DNA of 59,408 bases, counting the filler. It is 4 parts of 4 records of this genome, joined end to end, with 100 filler letters (N's around TTAATTAATTAA, not from the genome) between each part and the next. Parts side by side here need not be neighbours in the genome. Positions count along the whole stretch, not along the records: positions 48,646 to 59,408 come from SRR31156797_1674; 3 more parts are not named here. One strand, 5' to 3'. The translations under genes and the position numbers were made by a program. This document shows positions 57,926 through 59,408 of this stretch, piece after piece. The number at the start of each line of letters is the position of its first letter. Positions within the stretch are counted from its first letter, which is position 1. The notes beneath the pieces were generated by a model that did no database searches, was not told the DNA's origin, and was given only the letters and a program-made list of their open reading frames with translations.

Positions 57926-58089
57926 ATCGGAACTCCTCTTTCCCACCTTGTTTTTTAATGATTTTATGTTCCCATTTTAAATGCCCTATACTATTATCCT
58001 TTTAACCTGTTTGGTCAATTATCTTTTTTTCATTTTAGCGTGTTTCCACGCAGGTGCTTTGAAACGACGGGATTTGTGAGGTGTCATCC

Positions 58090-58995
58090 ATGGAAAAGAT
58101 CGATTTTGATTTGAAGCAGTATGAGGCGGATTTTGAAGCACTTCATTGCTATGAGCAAAATGCGGTTGAGGATCTAAAACGGGTGGGAGATAGGGATGAA
58201 TGGCAGCCCACCGATTATGAGCGGTATTATCTGCCGGGGCTTCGCCTAACGGGAATCAAGGACAAAAATCGGATTGTGCTGCAGAACGTGGCGGATCTCC
58301 ACATGCACACCCGGTGGTCCGATGGGGACGACCTGGAAAAGGTGCTGGATCGTGCCCTTGACAGGGGACTGGATGCCATCGCCATCACCGACCATGATGT
58401 CATCGAAGGTGCCATGGAAGCCAGGCGGCGGGTTCATGAGCGCCGCCTGCCCCTGGCGGTGGTTCCCGGAACCGAGGTGTCGTCTTCCGAGGGGCACATC
58501 GGGGGGCTTTTTGTCATGAGAAAAATCCCGAAGGATCTGAGTGCCGCCGAAACCGTTGACCTCATTCACCGGGCCGGCGGGGTCGCCGTGGCCCACCACC
58601 CCTATTCCCCCAAATGGCTGAATAAACTGCTGGGGGTTCAGCTGGGATGCGGAGATTTGATCAAGAGTGTCCCCTTTGACGCCGTCGAGTGTACCAATGC
58701 GGTGCCGGGTTCCGGTGTCAAGTACAACATCGCCGCCATTGACGCCATGCGGAAAGAGCATGTGAGCGTGGCCGTTACGGGGGGGAGTGACGCCCATTCG
58801 GCAGGTTTTGTGGGGAAAGGAAAGACCTATTACGGCGGCAACGAAGGGCTTTTATCCCTGTACCACTCCCTGCAGCTGGGGTTTACCCGGGGGGCCGAAG
58901 GATATTGGCGGACACGGGAAAAGGTCCATTATTACGCCCGGCTGATCAGGGCCATGATACGAAATGCCGCCCAAAGGAAGGGGTCCGTAAATTAG
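58090..58995 (+). CDS. PHP-domain metallophosphoesterase
   Basis: DLHMHT..SDG, AITDHD, PGTEVSS..GH, AHHP, GGSDAH. Confidence 0.88.
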   Translation: MEKIDFDLKQYEADFEALHCYEQNAVEDLKRVGDRDEWQPTDYERYYLPGLRLTGIKDKNRIVLQNVADLHMHTRWSDGDDLEKVLDRALDRGLDAIAITDHDVIEGAMEARRRVHERRLPLAVVPGTEVSSSEGHIGGLFVMRKIPKDLSAAETVDLIHRAGGVAVAHHPYSPKWLNKLLGVQLGCGDLIKSVPFDAVECTNAVPGSGVKYNIAAIDAMRKEHVSVAVTGGSDAHSAGFVGKGKTYYGGNEGLLSLYHSLQLGFTRGAEGYWRTREKVHYYARLIRAMIRNAAQRKGSVN

Positions 58996-59408
58996 ATTCT
59001 TGCGCACTTGTTCTGAGAGTTCATCTCTTACATTTGTAACACGTTGTATTTAAATATTTTTTTGAACCACAGAATATCGAACAAGGAATTTGGAATATTT
59101 CGACGCTCATAAATCTGAGAATTTGTTGGGTTGATCAAAATAATCATAAATTTTTTACCAGGATAAAGAGACAAACAACACGGGTTTTCAAACTATCACG
59201 ATGTCAAAGGTAAAATAGCCGTCATGCGTTAAGGTTTTTTGGAAGGATCAAAAAAGTCGACGTATCCTGTTTAAGGATTATGATTGAGATGGTGGTCCCT
59301 CATTCGATGTCTTTAAATGGTAAACCGTTGGACCACAAGATGTTGTGGTGGTACTCAAGGGGCATTCTCTACAGATATTGTTAAGATCACACAGGTTTTG
59401 ACAAGAAC

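Noticed and set aside
58996-59408. Terminal non-coding stretch examined for a riboswitch, ncRNA or gene start
   Set aside because: I could recognise no convincing ORF, aptamer consensus or strong stem. The AACCACAGAATATCGAACAAGGAAT segment may be a dispersed repeat but occurs only once here.
1-59408. CRISPR arrays, rRNA, intact transposases/integrases, selenocysteine read-through
   Set aside because: By eye I saw no regularly spaced repeat-spacer array, no rRNA-like tract, no full-length recombinase ORF and no in-frame TGA splitting a redox gene.

Overview
The window is four unrelated contigs joined by 100-nt artificial linkers (N44-TTAATTAATTAA-N44) at 27194-27293, 33638-33737 and 48546-48645, so gene adjacency across linkers means nothing. 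Contig 1 (1-27193) is AT-rich and Bacteroidota-like. It holds the 5' end of a tRNA, housekeeping genes (rarA, sucD, mnmA, rocD, cls, cysQ, mltG, pepD) and a four-gene glycogen cluster ending in a 1407-aa glycogen synthase (GT3)-phosphorylase (GT35) fusion. Contig 2 (27294-33637) appears Desulfobacterota-like and holds the strongest candidate for a new system: a ThiF-nitroreductase di-domain enzyme (OxzB architecture) divergent from a FeeM/OxzA-like N-acyltransferase, and in line with a LolCDE/LolA-like export module. This may be an N-acyl-amino-acid/oxazolone lipid biosynthesis and export locus. An IS remnant follows it. Contig 3 (33738-48545) is GC-rich and Desulfobacterales-like. It holds the end of an arsP-thioredoxin operon and two AraC-linked TonB-dependent uptake modules (one with DUF4405, one with YbtPQ/IrtAB-like ABC transporters) flanking an S9 peptidase, a methyltransferase and an MBL hydrolase with a structured leader. 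Contig 4 (48646-59408) holds partial aspS, an AEC transporter, a USP, a vWA-OmpA lipoprotein, a GlcD/GlcF-like oxidoreductase with an MFS transporter, and a PHP protein. All family and taxon calls come from motif recognition by eye; no database searches were run.
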